NCBI GenBank assembly: GCA_964625085.1
Contig: CAZVAJ010000001.1
Span: 46,387 to 110,386 of the forward strand
Direction of reading: 5' to 3'
Length of the DNA stretch: 64,000 bases
Source of the DNA: Candidatus Micrarchaeota archaeon
GTDB taxonomy: Archaea; B1Sed10-29; JAJSAI01
Shown: positions 1-9,238 of the stretch, piece by piece
Layout: each line of letters begins with the position of its first letter
Numbering within the stretch: position 1 is the stretch's first letter
Translations under genes and position numbers: made by a program
The notes under the pieces: model-generated
Told to the model about the DNA's origin: nothing
Databases searched by the model: none
The model's input: only the letters and a program-made list of their open reading frames with translations

Positions 1-69
1 ACGAAATGATTGACAAAGTGCCCGAGAAAGGGCTTCTTAAAGAAATAATGCGTATAAAGGGTGACTAAA

Positions 70-471
70 ATGAAAGTAGTTATAGGAGACCCAAAAACAG
101 GGAAAAGCTACCAAAAGGAGATCGAACAAGGCAATCTCCTCTACGGCAAAAAAATAGGGGAACAAGTCGACGGAAGCATCCTGGAATTAACAGGCTACAA
201 GCTGAGGATAACAGGCGGAACCGACAAAGACGGTTTCCCGATGAGGCCGGACATCAATGGCACAGACAGGAGGCAGGTGCTGGCAGGAAAATCAATAGGT
301 ATAAAAAAGATACCTGAAAAAGGATACAAAAGAAGAAAAACAGTACGCGGGAACACAATAGCCGAGGACATTGCCCAGGTAAACCTGAAAATAATCAAGT
401 TCGGGGAAAAGAACATAGAAGAAATTATGGGGAAGAAAGAAAATGCCGAAAAAGAAGGTAATTCAAGCTGA
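70..471 (+). CDS. rps6e: 30S ribosomal protein S6e
   Basis: MKVVIGDPKTGKSYQ...LRITGGTDKDGFPMR...RRKTVRGN motifs; ATG at 70 preferred over GTG at 61. Confidence 0.96.
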   Translation: MKVVIGDPKTGKSYQKEIEQGNLLYGKKIGEQVDGSILELTGYKLRITGGTDKDGFPMRPDINGTDRRQVLAGKSIGIKKIPEKGYKRRKTVRGNTIAEDIAQVNLKIIKFGEKNIEEIMGKKENAEKEGNSS

Positions 472-1633
472 AGTGAACATTGGAACAGCCGGACACGTGG
501 ACCATGGCAAAACAACCATAGTCAAAGCCCTTACAGGACAATGGGTGGACAGGCACAGTGAAGAGATCAAAAGAGGCATCACCATCCGACTGGGATACGC
601 TGACGCAGATTTCTACAAGTGCGGCGAACAATATACAGTAAACCCCGCGGACTGCAAAAAACCAGAATTCCTCAGAAAAGTTTCTTTTGTGGACTCGCCC
701 GGACACGAAGCCCTGATGACCGTGATGATAAGTGGATCAAGTCTTGTGGACGGAGCGATACTGGTTATTGCAGCAAATGAACCATGCCCTCAGCCGCAAA
801 CACAAGAACACCTGGCCGCGCTGGAAATAAACGGAGTTAAGAACATAGTGATAGTCCAGAACAAAATAGACCTTGTAAGCCCGGAAAAAGCAAAAGAACA
901 CCACAATCAGATAATTGAATTCGTAAAGGGCACAAACGCAGAGGGTGCTCCTATAATCCCCATGGCCGCAAACCACTGCGTAAACCTGGACAAGCTCATA
1001 GAAGCCATTGAAGAGAAGATACCAACACCAAAAAGGGACACGAAAAAACCGCTTAGGATGGTCGTAGCAAGATCATTTGATGTTAACAAACCAGGAGAAA
1101 AAATCAAGAATCTGAAAGGAGGAGTGCTCGGAGGCTCAATACTCCAAGGAAAAATAAGAGAGGGAGATGAAATAGAAATAGCCCCGGGCTTGGAAATCAA
1201 AGGAAAATACGAAACAATCATCACAACAGCAAGATCTGTATCAGTAACTGATGGAGTAATAAAAGAAGCAGGCCCAGGAGGCCTTGTGGCAGTGCAGACC
1301 GGAATAGATCCTGCCCTAGCAAAAGGAGACCGCATGTCCGGAAACATAATCTCCAAACCCGGCGAAACTCCTCCTGTAAGAGACAGGATAGGGCTGGAAC
1401 ACACACTGCTTGAAAGAGCAGTATCCGGAAAACCAGAAAACTTAAAGCAAGGGGAAATGCTGGTGTTAAACGCCCTTACCATGACAACAATCGGTCAAGT
1501 GACTAAAGCAGGCCCGGAATACTGCGAACTAACGCTAAGAAGACCTCTGTGCATCAGTGAAGGGGACAGAGTAACTATCTCAAGAAAGGTCAGAGGACGA
1601 TGGAGCCTGATTGGGTACGGCATAGTAAAGTGA
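443..1633 (+). CDS. eif2g: translation initiation factor 2 subunit gamma
   Basis: NIGTAGHVDHGKTT, RGITIRLGYAD, DSPGHE, QNKID, RSFDVNKPG; follows rps6e as in other archaea. Confidence 0.97.
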   Translation: MPKKKVIQAEVNIGTAGHVDHGKTTIVKALTGQWVDRHSEEIKRGITIRLGYADADFYKCGEQYTVNPADCKKPEFLRKVSFVDSPGHEALMTVMISGSSLVDGAILVIAANEPCPQPQTQEHLAALEINGVKNIVIVQNKIDLVSPEKAKEHHNQIIEFVKGTNAEGAPIIPMAANHCVNLDKLIEAIEEKIPTPKRDTKKPLRMVVARSFDVNKPGEKIKNLKGGVLGGSILQGKIREGDEIEIAPGLEIKGKYETIITTARSVSVTDGVIKEAGPGGLVAVQTGIDPALAKGDRMSGNIISKPGETPPVRDRIGLEHTLLERAVSGKPENLKQGEMLVLNALTMTTIGQVTKAGPEYCELTLRRPLCISEGDRVTISRKVRGRWSLIGYGIVK

Positions 1634-1980
1634 TACTGCTGGACACAAACTTTGTAATGGTGCCAGCACAACTCAAAATAGACGTGTTTGAGGAACTCAG
1701 AAAAACCTTTCCGAACAAAGAACTGGCAACCATACGCCCTGTAGTAAACGAACTTAAGAAAATACCCAACGGCAGAATAGGGCTTGCGCTAATAAAAGCC
1801 CAAGGAATAAGGATAATAGAAGCAACAGGATATGCTGACAATGCCCTGCTGAAAAAAGCAGAAGAACTGCACGGCATTGTCGCCACAAACGACACCAAAC
1901 TGAAAATAGAATGTCTTAAAAAAAACATTCCCGTGATAATAATTAAAGGAATGAAAAGAGTTGAACTGGTGGTGGAATGA
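1630..1980 (+). CDS. PIN-domain protein (Fcf1/Utp24-like)
   Basis: ILLDTNFVM, ADNALL, VATND motifs; GTG start overlapping eif2g stop; conserved position after eif2g. Confidence 0.88.
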   Translation: MILLDTNFVMVPAQLKIDVFEELRKTFPNKELATIRPVVNELKKIPNGRIGLALIKAQGIRIIEATGYADNALLKKAEELHGIVATNDTKLKIECLKKNIPVIIIKGMKRVELVVE

Positions 1981-2510
1981 ACCTTTACAAAGACATAGAA
2001 GCAGGAAAAAGACCTCCAAAGAGCATAAACGTTGTGGTAGAAATACCACAAGGAAGCAGAAACAAGTACGAATACGACCCCAGCGGGTTCTTCAGGCTTG
2101 ACAGGACTCTCCACTCCCCTGTGGTGTACGACTTTGAATACGGGTTCATACCAAGAACAAAATCCAGAGACGGAGACTCCCTAGACGTTATACTGCTGAT
2201 AACAAAACCTACATTCCCAGGATGTGTAGTTGAAGCCCGGCCAATAGGTCTTCTGGAAATGCAGGACGAAAAAGGAGTAGATGAAAAAATCCTTGCAGTG
2301 CCCAAAAAAGAAGTCGAACCGAGGTACGTTGAAGTAAAAAACTACTCTGACCTGCCTAAACACGAGCTTGAAGAAATAAAATTGTTCATGGAAGACTATA
2401 AAAAACTTGAAACAGGAAAATGGGTGAAAACAAAAGGCTGGAGAAACAGAGAAAAAGCCGAAAAGATCATAGTCGATGCGATAAAAAGATACAATAGAGA
2501 GGTGAACTGA
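1977..2510 (+). CDS. ppa: soluble inorganic pyrophosphatase (family I)
   Basis: VVEIPQGSRNKYEYD, YGFIPRT..DGDSLD, DEKGVDEKILAVP. Confidence 0.96.
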   Translation: MNLYKDIEAGKRPPKSINVVVEIPQGSRNKYEYDPSGFFRLDRTLHSPVVYDFEYGFIPRTKSRDGDSLDVILLITKPTFPGCVVEARPIGLLEMQDEKGVDEKILAVPKKEVEPRYVEVKNYSDLPKHELEEIKLFMEDYKKLETGKWVKTKGWRNREKAEKIIVDAIKRYNREVN

Positions 2511-3068
2511 TTGTACAAACTTGTCACAATACAGGATGTTGTGAGGATCCCTCCCCAAATGTTCTCGGAAGATCTTGAAAAGTCCGTTGCAAAAGTCCTG
2601 AGAGAAACGTACGAAGGAAAAATAGATCCGGACACGGGAGTGATCATAAGCACGATAAACCCGAGAGACGTGAGTGATGGAAAAATAATCCCCGGGGACA
2701 GTGCAACATATCACACAGTCGTGTTCGATGCGCTGGTGTACAAACCTGAAGTGCAAGAAGTGGTAAGAGGGATAGTGGTTGACATAGCTGAATTCGGTGC
2801 TTTCGTGAGGTCCGGGCCTTTTGATGGTCTTGTGCACGCGAGCCAGGTTACTGACGACTTCATGTCCGTAAACGAAAAAACAGGCGTGTTAACCGGAAAA
2901 CAGACAAAGCGAACGCTGAAAAAAGATGACATAGTCTACGCAAGAATCACCTCAATATCCTACAAGGACAATGTCACTGAAACAAAAATAAACATGACCA
3001 TGAGACAACCCGGGCTCGGGAAAACAGAATGGTGGAAAAAGAAAAAAACTAGCAAAAAGAAGGGATGA
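2511..3068 (+). CDS. rpoE1: DNA-directed RNA polymerase subunit E' (Rpo7)
   Basis: MYKLVTIQDVVRIPP, S1 domain FGAFVRSGPFDGLVHASQV, MTMRQPGLGK. Confidence 0.96.
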   Translation: MYKLVTIQDVVRIPPQMFSEDLEKSVAKVLRETYEGKIDPDTGVIISTINPRDVSDGKIIPGDSATYHTVVFDALVYKPEVQEVVRGIVVDIAEFGAFVRSGPFDGLVHASQVTDDFMSVNEKTGVLTGKQTKRTLKKDDIVYARITSISYKDNVTETKINMTMRQPGLGKTEWWKKKKTSKKKG

Positions 3069-3265
3069 AAATGGCTGAAAAGCTAAAAGCATGCAAGACC
3101 TGCAGGCGTATTGTGGAAGGAGACGTATGCCCAGTCTGCAAGGATTCAGAACTGACCCCAAACTGGAAGGGGTTCATAATAGTCATAAACCCAGAAAAAT
3201 CAAGTATTGCTAAGGCATTAGAGATAACCATGCCTGGCAAGTACGCTATAAGACTAGGCAAGTAG
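3065..3265 (+). CDS. spt4: transcription elongation factor Spt4 (RpoE'')
   Basis: KACKTC...CPVC zinc ribbon, WKGFIIVINPEKSSIA, PGKYAI. Confidence 0.95.
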   Translation: MKMAEKLKACKTCRRIVEGDVCPVCKDSELTPNWKGFIIVINPEKSSIAKALEITMPGKYAIRLGK

Positions 3266-3274
3266 GTGATCTAA

Positions 3275-3550
3275 ATGGAACTAAAAAAGATCAAGGAAGA
3301 GGAGAATCCTCTTTTGAACAGAAAAAGAATAGTATACGAATCCTCTGGAAAAACCCCAAAAAGAGAGGACGTGCTTGAAAAGATTTCTGCGCTGACAGGA
3401 AAAGAGAAAGACGCAATAAGCATTAAAAGCATAACACAAGCCTACGGATCAAGCACATCCGTAATAGAAGCAAACGTGTACGAAAGTGTTGAGGACAGAA
3501 AGAAGTACGAGCCTATAAAGGAGGGAAAGACTGATGAAACTAAAAAATGA
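3275..3550 (+). CDS. rps24e: 30S ribosomal protein S24e
   Basis: [23 protein letters not shown]; syntenic with spt4 and rps27ae. Confidence 0.92.
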   Translation: MELKKIKEEENPLLNRKRIVYESSGKTPKREDVLEKISALTGKEKDAISIKSITQAYGSSTSVIEANVYESVEDRKKYEPIKEGKTDETKK

Positions 3551-3686
3551 AGCGTACAAAGTAGAAGGAGCCAAGCTCGAAAGGGTTAAGACCGCATGCC
3601 CAAAGTGCGGGGAAGGCGTTTTTTTAGCAGACCATAAGGACAGGCAGCACTGCGGAAAATGCGGGTACACCAGGTGGAAGAAGTAG
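3534..3686 (+). CDS. rps27ae: 30S ribosomal protein S27ae (50 aa; not in ORF track)
   Basis: Manual translation [67 protein letters not shown] signature. Confidence 0.95.
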   Translation: MKLKNEAYKVEGAKLERVKTACPKCGEGVFLADHKDRQHCGKCGYTRWKK

Positions 3687-3687
3687 C

Positions 3688-4209
3688 ATGTGGTTTAGCT
3701 TTTCTGTTTATACCCTGTTATTGCTACTCACGTACTACAGTGTCGGCTCAAAGAATTTTTTGAAAAAAGTAGGATTCAAGAAAATCCGCTTCGTGCAGGA
3801 CTCTGCACACGCGTTATGCCTCGCGTTTGCCATGGTGCTCGTGAGCATAGCTATCTCTATTTCTTTTGTTTACATTGGCATGGGAGAAGATACTGCCAAA
3901 GTAACACAGACCATAATGTCAGCCCAGTTATGGCAGGTGCTCATCATCCTGATAATCGGGCCGATTATTGAAGAAATATTCTTCAGAGGATACCTGCAGA
4001 AAAAGACAAACCTGATCACGGCCTCTGCTGCATTCTCCTACTTTCACGTACTGTACGGATCAGTTTCTGAGCTTGCTGGAGCATTTATACTTGGATTAAT
4101 GCTTGGAAAAGCGTTTGAAAACACTAAGAACTTGTACATACCTGTACTATCCCACTACCTGTACAATTTCACTGTACTTGCAATAGCCCTTGCTGCACAG
4201 GCCTCATGA
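3688..4209 (+). CDS. CPBP (CAAX/Abi) family intramembrane glutamic endopeptidase
   Basis: Multi-TM; PIIEEIFFRG, FSYFH, HYLYN motifs. Confidence 0.88.
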   Translation: MWFSFSVYTLLLLLTYYSVGSKNFLKKVGFKKIRFVQDSAHALCLAFAMVLVSIAISISFVYIGMGEDTAKVTQTIMSAQLWQVLIILIIGPIIEEIFFRGYLQKKTNLITASAAFSYFHVLYGSVSELAGAFILGLMLGKAFENTKNLYIPVLSHYLYNFTVLAIALAAQAS

Positions 4210-5168
4210 TGATCTATCTTGGCATTGAGTCCACAGCACACACCTTCGGAATAGGGGTCGTGGACGGAGAAAGGATAATTGCCAACGAGAAGGACTCTTA
4301 CAAACCAGAAAAGGGAGGAATAGTCCCAGCAGAAGCGGCAGAGCACCACAGAAAGCATGCTCTGCCAATACTAGAGAGGGCCCTTGAAAAGGCAGGTATT
4401 ACTGCTAGAGAAATCGATGTTGTAAGCTATGCTGCTGGACCAGGCCTTCCACCCTGTCTGATTGAAGGCAAAAAACTTGCAGAAAAAGTGGCGGAAAACA
4501 AGCCAGTGATAGGAGTAAACCACTGCATTGCACACATAGAGATAGGGAAAAAAGACTCAGGATTCAAAGACCCCTTAACCTTGTACGTGTCCGGAGGAAA
4601 CACTCAGGTCATAGCATTGAATGAAGGAAGGTACAGGATATTCGGAGAAACACTGGACATAGGCATAGGCAACGCGTTGGACAAACTCGCTAGAGAGATG
4701 GGGCTCAAGATGCCGGGAGGCCCAAAGATTGAAAAACTGGCAGAAAAGAGCGAAAAGTATATACCCTTACCGTACACTGTCAAAGGAATGGACTTTGCTT
4801 TTTCAGGACTTCTCACCGCGGCCAAGAATAGCCTGAACAATTCCAGAAAGGAAGACATCGCCTTTTCTTTCCAGGAAACTGCTTTTGCAATGCTGGCTGA
4901 AGTCAGCGAACGCGCACTGGCCCATACTCAAAAAAAAGAGGTTATTCTAACAGGAGGAGTTGCGGCCAATAAAAGACTTGCTGAAATAATAAAAGGGATG
5001 GCAGAAGAGCATAACGCAGAATTCACAGTACCCAGACAAGAATACTGCGGAGATAATGGGGCAATGATCGCATGGCTTGGCAAGATAGTGTATGAATCAA
5101 AAACAGAAGCAGCTACTGACGTAAAACCCAAGTGGAGAACAGACCAGGTTAAGGTTACTTGGGAATGA
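4206..5168 (+). CDS. kae1: tRNA t6A threonylcarbamoyltransferase Kae1 (KEOPS)
   Basis: LGIESTAHTFG, VNHCIAHIEIG, LYVSGGNTQ, GGVAAN, DNGAMIA. Confidence 0.97.
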   Translation: MMIYLGIESTAHTFGIGVVDGERIIANEKDSYKPEKGGIVPAEAAEHHRKHALPILERALEKAGITAREIDVVSYAAGPGLPPCLIEGKKLAEKVAENKPVIGVNHCIAHIEIGKKDSGFKDPLTLYVSGGNTQVIALNEGRYRIFGETLDIGIGNALDKLAREMGLKMPGGPKIEKLAEKSEKYIPLPYTVKGMDFAFSGLLTAAKNSLNNSRKEDIAFSFQETAFAMLAEVSERALAHTQKKEVILTGGVAANKRLAEIIKGMAEEHNAEFTVPRQEYCGDNGAMIAWLGKIVYESKTEAATDVKPKWRTDQVKVTWE

Positions 5169-6174
5169 TTTTTGTTGACTGTCCTCTAAATCCTTTGCCT
5201 GTTCGTTCTGTCTTGAGAAGGCCTTTTTCTTCAAGGGCTTTTATCTTCCGTTCAAAAGTCCTCTGACTTTTTTTGCCCCCTAAGGACAAGTACTTCTCGT
5301 AAACGCTTCCTGCAAGACCCCCTTCTTCTGGCACTGCTTTTAGTATGAGTTTCTCGTCCTCGTCCAATGCAGGCGTGCTCGGGCTCAGCAGTCTGGAAGC
5401 CGCGTTCTCAACATGCTTTTTCAGGACCTTAATACTAGCGTCTTTCTCTGCTTCAAGCCCTGCTTCCCTAAGCAGGATAATGCCTGTCCGGACATCCCTA
5501 TCTTCATACGCTTTCTTGACCACAAGCATGAAAGCATCTTCTGACCATGTGCCGTCATAGAACGCGTAGTCTCGTCTCAGTTTCAGAACATCCTGCATCT
5601 CCTCAAGAGAGTAAGGTTTAAACAGTATTGTTTCGGGAATGATTCTTGACCTTATCCTCGGGTCTACCTGAACAAACCAATCAGGATCATTGGTTATCAT
5701 CACAAGAACAAGGTTCTTTACTTCCTCTGCAAGATAGTACAAGTAATCAGCATCCTGGGACTTGTCCACCTCATCAAGGGCAAGCACAAGGCCCCTGTCG
5801 CCAACAATCCTGGATATCTTGGAAAGCACCTCATCAGTGCCAAGATTGTGTGTGAACTGGTAGCCGAGCTGATGACAAGCTTCTGAAAGGATCTTAAAAC
5901 TAGAGTTCTTCTTCCAACAGTTAACGAAAACAACCAGAACATCATGCTCTTCTTTAAGGTCAGCGAGCATTCTTTTCACTGTAGCAGTTTTTCCGATTCC
6001 TGCTTTTCCAGTAACAAGAGCATGCCTCCCCCGGTAGCCTTCCAGCATTGGTTTTATGCAGGCTGCTATCGCCTCTTGCTGAGCTTCCCTGTGTGGAAGC
6101 ATTTTGGGAACGAATTCAGGGTCAAGGGAGTCTATGAAAGAGAAGAGGGACTCCCCCTCCATCAGCAAACGCAT
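5155..6174 (-). CDS. Orc1/Cdc6-family AAA+ ATPase (short paralog)
   Basis: LDPEFVP..LPHRE, Walker A GKAGIGKT, VNCW, Walker B LDEVD, FKPYS, C-terminal winged helix. Confidence 0.9.
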   Translation of the reverse strand: MRLLMEGESLFSFIDSLDPEFVPKMLPHREAQQEAIAACIKPMLEGYRGRHALVTGKAGIGKTATVKRMLADLKEEHDVLVVFVNCWKKNSSFKILSEACHQLGYQFTHNLGTDEVLSKISRIVGDRGLVLALDEVDKSQDADYLYYLAEEVKNLVLVMITNDPDWFVQVDPRIRSRIIPETILFKPYSLEEMQDVLKLRRDYAFYDGTWSEDAFMLVVKKAYEDRDVRTGIILLREAGLEAEKDASIKVLKKHVENAASRLLSPSTPALDEDEKLILKAVPEEGGLAGSVYEKYLSLGGKKSQRTFERKIKALEEKGLLKTERTGKGFRGQSTKIIPK

Positions 6175-6225
6175 ACAGTTTATTCCTCAAACAAAGTATT
6201 TATTAATGAACTTCCTTATGAGATC

Positions 6226-6426
6226 ATGACAAAAAAGAAAACCATAATAAAAAAACCCGGCTCTCCTGTGGTAAGCGAGCTTGCGTTGGAAGACAAGCTT
6301 CTCCTGAAGAGCACTCTAGACACGAACGAAGACGAAATAGAGGGCATGTTGGAAAAACTGGAAAACGACCTGACCACAAAAAAGCTGAATGAAGAATTGA
6401 AAGAAGCTAAAAAGAAACGCGGCTAG
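6226..6426 (+). CDS. hypothetical small charged protein (66 aa)
   Basis: ATG-started C-terminal part of ORF 5944..6426; fills the gap between genes; AT-rich TATA-like tract at ~6198-6207; A-rich codon use like real genes. Confidence 0.6.
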   Translation: MTKKKTIIKKPGSPVVSELALEDKLLLKSTLDTNEDEIEGMLEKLENDLTTKKLNEELKEAKKKRG

Positions 6427-6838
6427 CTGCAGACCATAACACAAAAACAAGGAAAGCGCTTGCCATCCATAGTACAAAGTGTGCTGGAAACCAAGAAGGG
6501 CTGATCAAGGTCACGGCCACTCTGAAAAAGTTCGCTGCGAATAGCACAGGAATCCCGATAGCCATCAGGCTTATTCTTCTTTTTCTGTTAAGATAAGGGT
6601 CTGCTACTGCAAGTGCAGAAAGCAAGCTTATTGAGTCAATGCCAGTGCATGCTGGAATTATTACAGCCTCTGGAAATCCGTTAACGTAAACCACTGCACC
6701 CGAACTGCCTGCGTCCACCCCAAGCAATCCAAGTACTGATGCTGAACCTGACGCAGTAAGTTCCAGAAGCCCTGGAAGTGGAATTGAATGCAGGAGAATA
6801 AAAAGAACAACGAAAACTGAAAAAAAGACTGCTAGCAT
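6407..6838 (-). CDS. archaeosortase/exosortase-family membrane transpeptidase
   Basis: Multi-TM; Cys motif IIPACTGIDS, Arg motif ANFFRV and a downstream His (PAHF), matching the Cys/Arg/His triad; ATG directly after carS stop. Confidence 0.8.
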   Translation of the reverse strand: MLAVFFSVFVVLFILLHSIPLPGLLELTASGSASVLGLLGVDAGSSGAVVYVNGFPEAVIIPACTGIDSISLLSALAVADPYLNRKRRISLMAIGIPVLFAANFFRVAVTLISPSWFPAHFVLWMASAFLVFVLWSAASRVSF

Positions 6839-6839
6839 C

Positions 6840-7349
6840 TTACCATGGTACACTTTTAAGCCCAAGTAACCACCCTATTAGATTAAGCGAAAGATGTGCT
6901 GCGATCGTCAGGAACGTGATGAACAAGATTTCTGCCAGCCCAGGCAGATAGAACGGAGACAAAAACAAAAGCGCTCCTATAACAAAATCAAGCTGGTCTG
7001 CCGGGAACCACATTTCCCCTCTTTTAAATCCTCTTCTCCTTTTCACAAAACTTTCAACAGCATCCCCTGCCAACGCACCGGTTGCCGCGAGAAATGCCAG
7101 GAATAACGGGTATCCTGAGATAAACTGTTGTATCCCAAGCCCTGTCAAAACACCTAACAAAACGCCTACTAGAATACCTTCAAATGTTTTACCGTCTCCC
7201 AGCACTCTTTCGCCATCGCCAAGTTTTTTACCCCTGTCAAGAGGATGCCACTTCCACCTGAGAATACCTGAAAAGAATGCGGGAGAGAAGTTAGCAGAGT
7301 ACGCTGGGAAGATTACCACAAGTATTATTATCAGGGGGTGTAAGCTCAT
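6840..7349 (-). CDS. carS: CDP-archaeol synthase
   Basis: PAYSAN, PLD.GK...DG.RVLGDGKT.EG, GDAVESFVKRR, DQLDFVIG. Confidence 0.92.
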   Translation of the reverse strand: MSLHPLIIILVVIFPAYSANFSPAFFSGILRWKWHPLDRGKKLGDGERVLGDGKTFEGILVGVLLGVLTGLGIQQFISGYPLFLAFLAATGALAGDAVESFVKRRRGFKRGEMWFPADQLDFVIGALLFLSPFYLPGLAEILFITFLTIAAHLSLNLIGWLLGLKSVPW

Positions 7350-8017
7350 AAGATCGAGCATAGCATCATCCCCACTACAGCTCCTGAGGTGGTTGCAACA
7401 AGGTTTGTTGAACTGTTTCCAACAATCCCCCTGTTTTCAACAAGCGCGCCAAAAACGGAGTCTGCAAAGCATCCTGCAAGACCTGCTAACACAATAGGAA
7501 CCATGCTCACCCCAAAAAACATCCAACTCACTCCTGAAAAAACAATAGCAGCAACAGCACCCGAAATAGTTCCAAGCAGGCTTATTCCGCCATTAGTGCC
7601 TGGCGGAACCGTTTTAAGGCTGGTTATCATCACAGGCTCCTTCTTGGACAAAACACCGATTTCTGAAGAAATTGTGTCTGTCACTGCTGCTGAAAGCGCA
7701 CCCAAAAACCCGTACAATCCTGCCGGGCCTCCGAGTAAAGCCATGAGGGCTGCAACTCCTCCATTGGCAATAACGTGCTTAGACTTTCTTCTTTTTTGAT
7801 GTAACTTCTTCAGTGCTTTTAACCTGTGCTTGTACTTGGTGGCTGACTCCCCTATTAAAAAGAATAGTAAGAGCATGTAAAACCATTCTATTCCCTGGCT
7901 TAGTACCAGAATGTATCCTAACAGAACCCCTGAAACAACTCCCTCCGCGCTTAAGGAGCCTCCGGCCATGGCAAGCAGGCCTATGGCAAGAGGGAGTAGG
8001 ATCGCGGACAATTCCAT
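7346..8017 (-). CDS. DUF92 (TMEM19/VTE6-like) membrane protein
   Basis: FFLIG..ATK, VIANGG, DTISSEIG, VPPGTNGGIS.LGT, DSVFGA, N..TN. Confidence 0.9.
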   Translation of the reverse strand: MELSAILLPLAIGLLAMAGGSLSAEGVVSGVLLGYILVLSQGIEWFYMLLLFFLIGESATKYKHRLKALKKLHQKRRKSKHVIANGGVAALMALLGGPAGLYGFLGALSAAVTDTISSEIGVLSKKEPVMITSLKTVPPGTNGGISLLGTISGAVAAIVFSGVSWMFFGVSMVPIVLAGLAGCFADSVFGALVENRGIVGNSSTNLVATTSGAVVGMMLCSIL

Positions 8018-8027
8018 GATAAACTCC

Positions 8028-8654
8028 TTAAACTTCTACCTTGCTCACTATCGCCATCTTAACAGGGCAGAATACCTTTGCCTTTTTCTTCATTTCCGCG
8101 CCCAGTTCTCCGAAAGCTGCTTTCTTTACGAGGTCAGAGAGGGACACTCCCTTCGCGGTTTCCTCCAGCGTTTCTTCCATCACCTTGCGGATCACGTCTT
8201 TTCGCTCGGTGTTTATACGCCCTAGAGTAAAGAGGTGTGCAGTAACTTGGGCCTTCTTCTTGTCCTTTGTCTTGACATAGTGTATTGCAGTCACCATGCT
8301 GCGACCTCTGCGGACATTCCTTCTAAAGTGTTCTCTGACCATCTCGAACCCGTTGGTTTCTGTGTAAGCGGTGGTGCCTTTTACCTCGTTTACTTTGAAG
8401 TGCATTGTTATTGACTGGTGAGAAATGTTTCCAGTTATCTCCCTAAGAGGTACTTTTATAACACGCCCAATAACAAGCTCTGGCTTTATTGCAGGGGTGT
8501 TCCCTACTTCCTTTGACTCAAAGTCTTTTGGGGAAACAACGGTATACCATGACTTCTTTTTCCAGGTATCAGTAGTCTTTCTCTTCTTTTTCTTTGAAGT
8601 TTTCTTAACCGCTGTTTTCTTAACCTTCTTCTTGCTATCTGCCATGATCATCAC
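8028..8654 (-). CDS. rps3ae: 30S ribosomal protein S3ae (eS1)
   Basis: DTWKKKSWYTVVSP, IGRVI, REHFRRNVRRGRS; exact start uncertain (8654/8645). Confidence 0.93.
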   Translation of the reverse strand: MMIMADSKKKVKKTAVKKTSKKKKRKTTDTWKKKSWYTVVSPKDFESKEVGNTPAIKPELVIGRVIKVPLREITGNISHQSITMHFKVNEVKGTTAYTETNGFEMVREHFRRNVRRGRSMVTAIHYVKTKDKKKAQVTAHLFTLGRINTERKDVIRKVMEETLEETAKGVSLSDLVKKAAFGELGAEMKKKAKVFCPVKMAIVSKVEV

Positions 8655-9112
8655 CTTTCCTTAACAATAAGCGCGGCCTTCTCAGGCGTGTACCTCCATC
8701 CCTCCGGAAGTACCCCTGTACCCCGGTAGTACTTAACGAGCCTTTTTATTTTAGACTCTGTGAGGGTTAATGCGCGCGTGTTATGAATATCCTTCTTATG
8801 GACAGTGAGGTGCTTTCTAAGCCGTACTGCCCTTCTCATTAGGTTCATTAGGTCTTCAGGATACTCTGGCAGGAGCTTGTTCTCGGCAAGAACTTCTTTC
8901 ACTGATTTCCCGAGAACTGCTTTTACGCTTGGAACACCGTACTGATCTCTCAGCACTATTCCTATTTCGCTCTGTGTCTTGTCCTGCCGGGCAAGATCGC
9001 ATATCTTTTTTTCAACATCCTTTTTAGAGAGCTCTACCCATTTTGGGCTTATTCTAACAGGAGGGTGAACAGATCCACTGCGCCCCTTTTTCCTAGCATG
9101 CATCCTAGACAT
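8651..9112 (-). CDS. rps15: 30S ribosomal protein S15 (uS15/S13e)
   Basis: MSRMHARKKGRSGS, IGIVLRDQYGVP, PEDLMNL, ESKIKRLVKYY. Confidence 0.97.
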   Translation of the reverse strand: MSRMHARKKGRSGSVHPPVRISPKWVELSKKDVEKKICDLARQDKTQSEIGIVLRDQYGVPSVKAVLGKSVKEVLAENKLLPEYPEDLMNLMRRAVRLRKHLTVHKKDIHNTRALTLTESKIKRLVKYYRGTGVLPEGWRYTPEKAALIVKER

Positions 9113-9210
9113 ATTCTATCACCTTGTCCTGCGTCAGGCTCTCGGGTGTTTGGGCCGAGACCTCAATGCAGGTGTTAATGCTAAAAGAGCATCAAACACT
9201 CCACTTATTT
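9113..9210 (-). promoter_or_regulatory. structured 5' leader of rps15-rps3ae (candidate S15 r-leader)
   Basis: Two adjacent hairpins (9172-9199 and 9128-9172) between a TTTTTAAA TATA-like box and the AGGTGA SD. Confidence 0.55.
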
Positions 9211-9238
9211 TCAAGCAGGTTGGTTTAAAAATGTTTTG

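Noticed and set aside
5944..6225. N-terminal part of the 160-aa + strand ORF
   Set aside because: It is antisense to the Cdc6 paralog; only the ATG 6226 portion looks coding.
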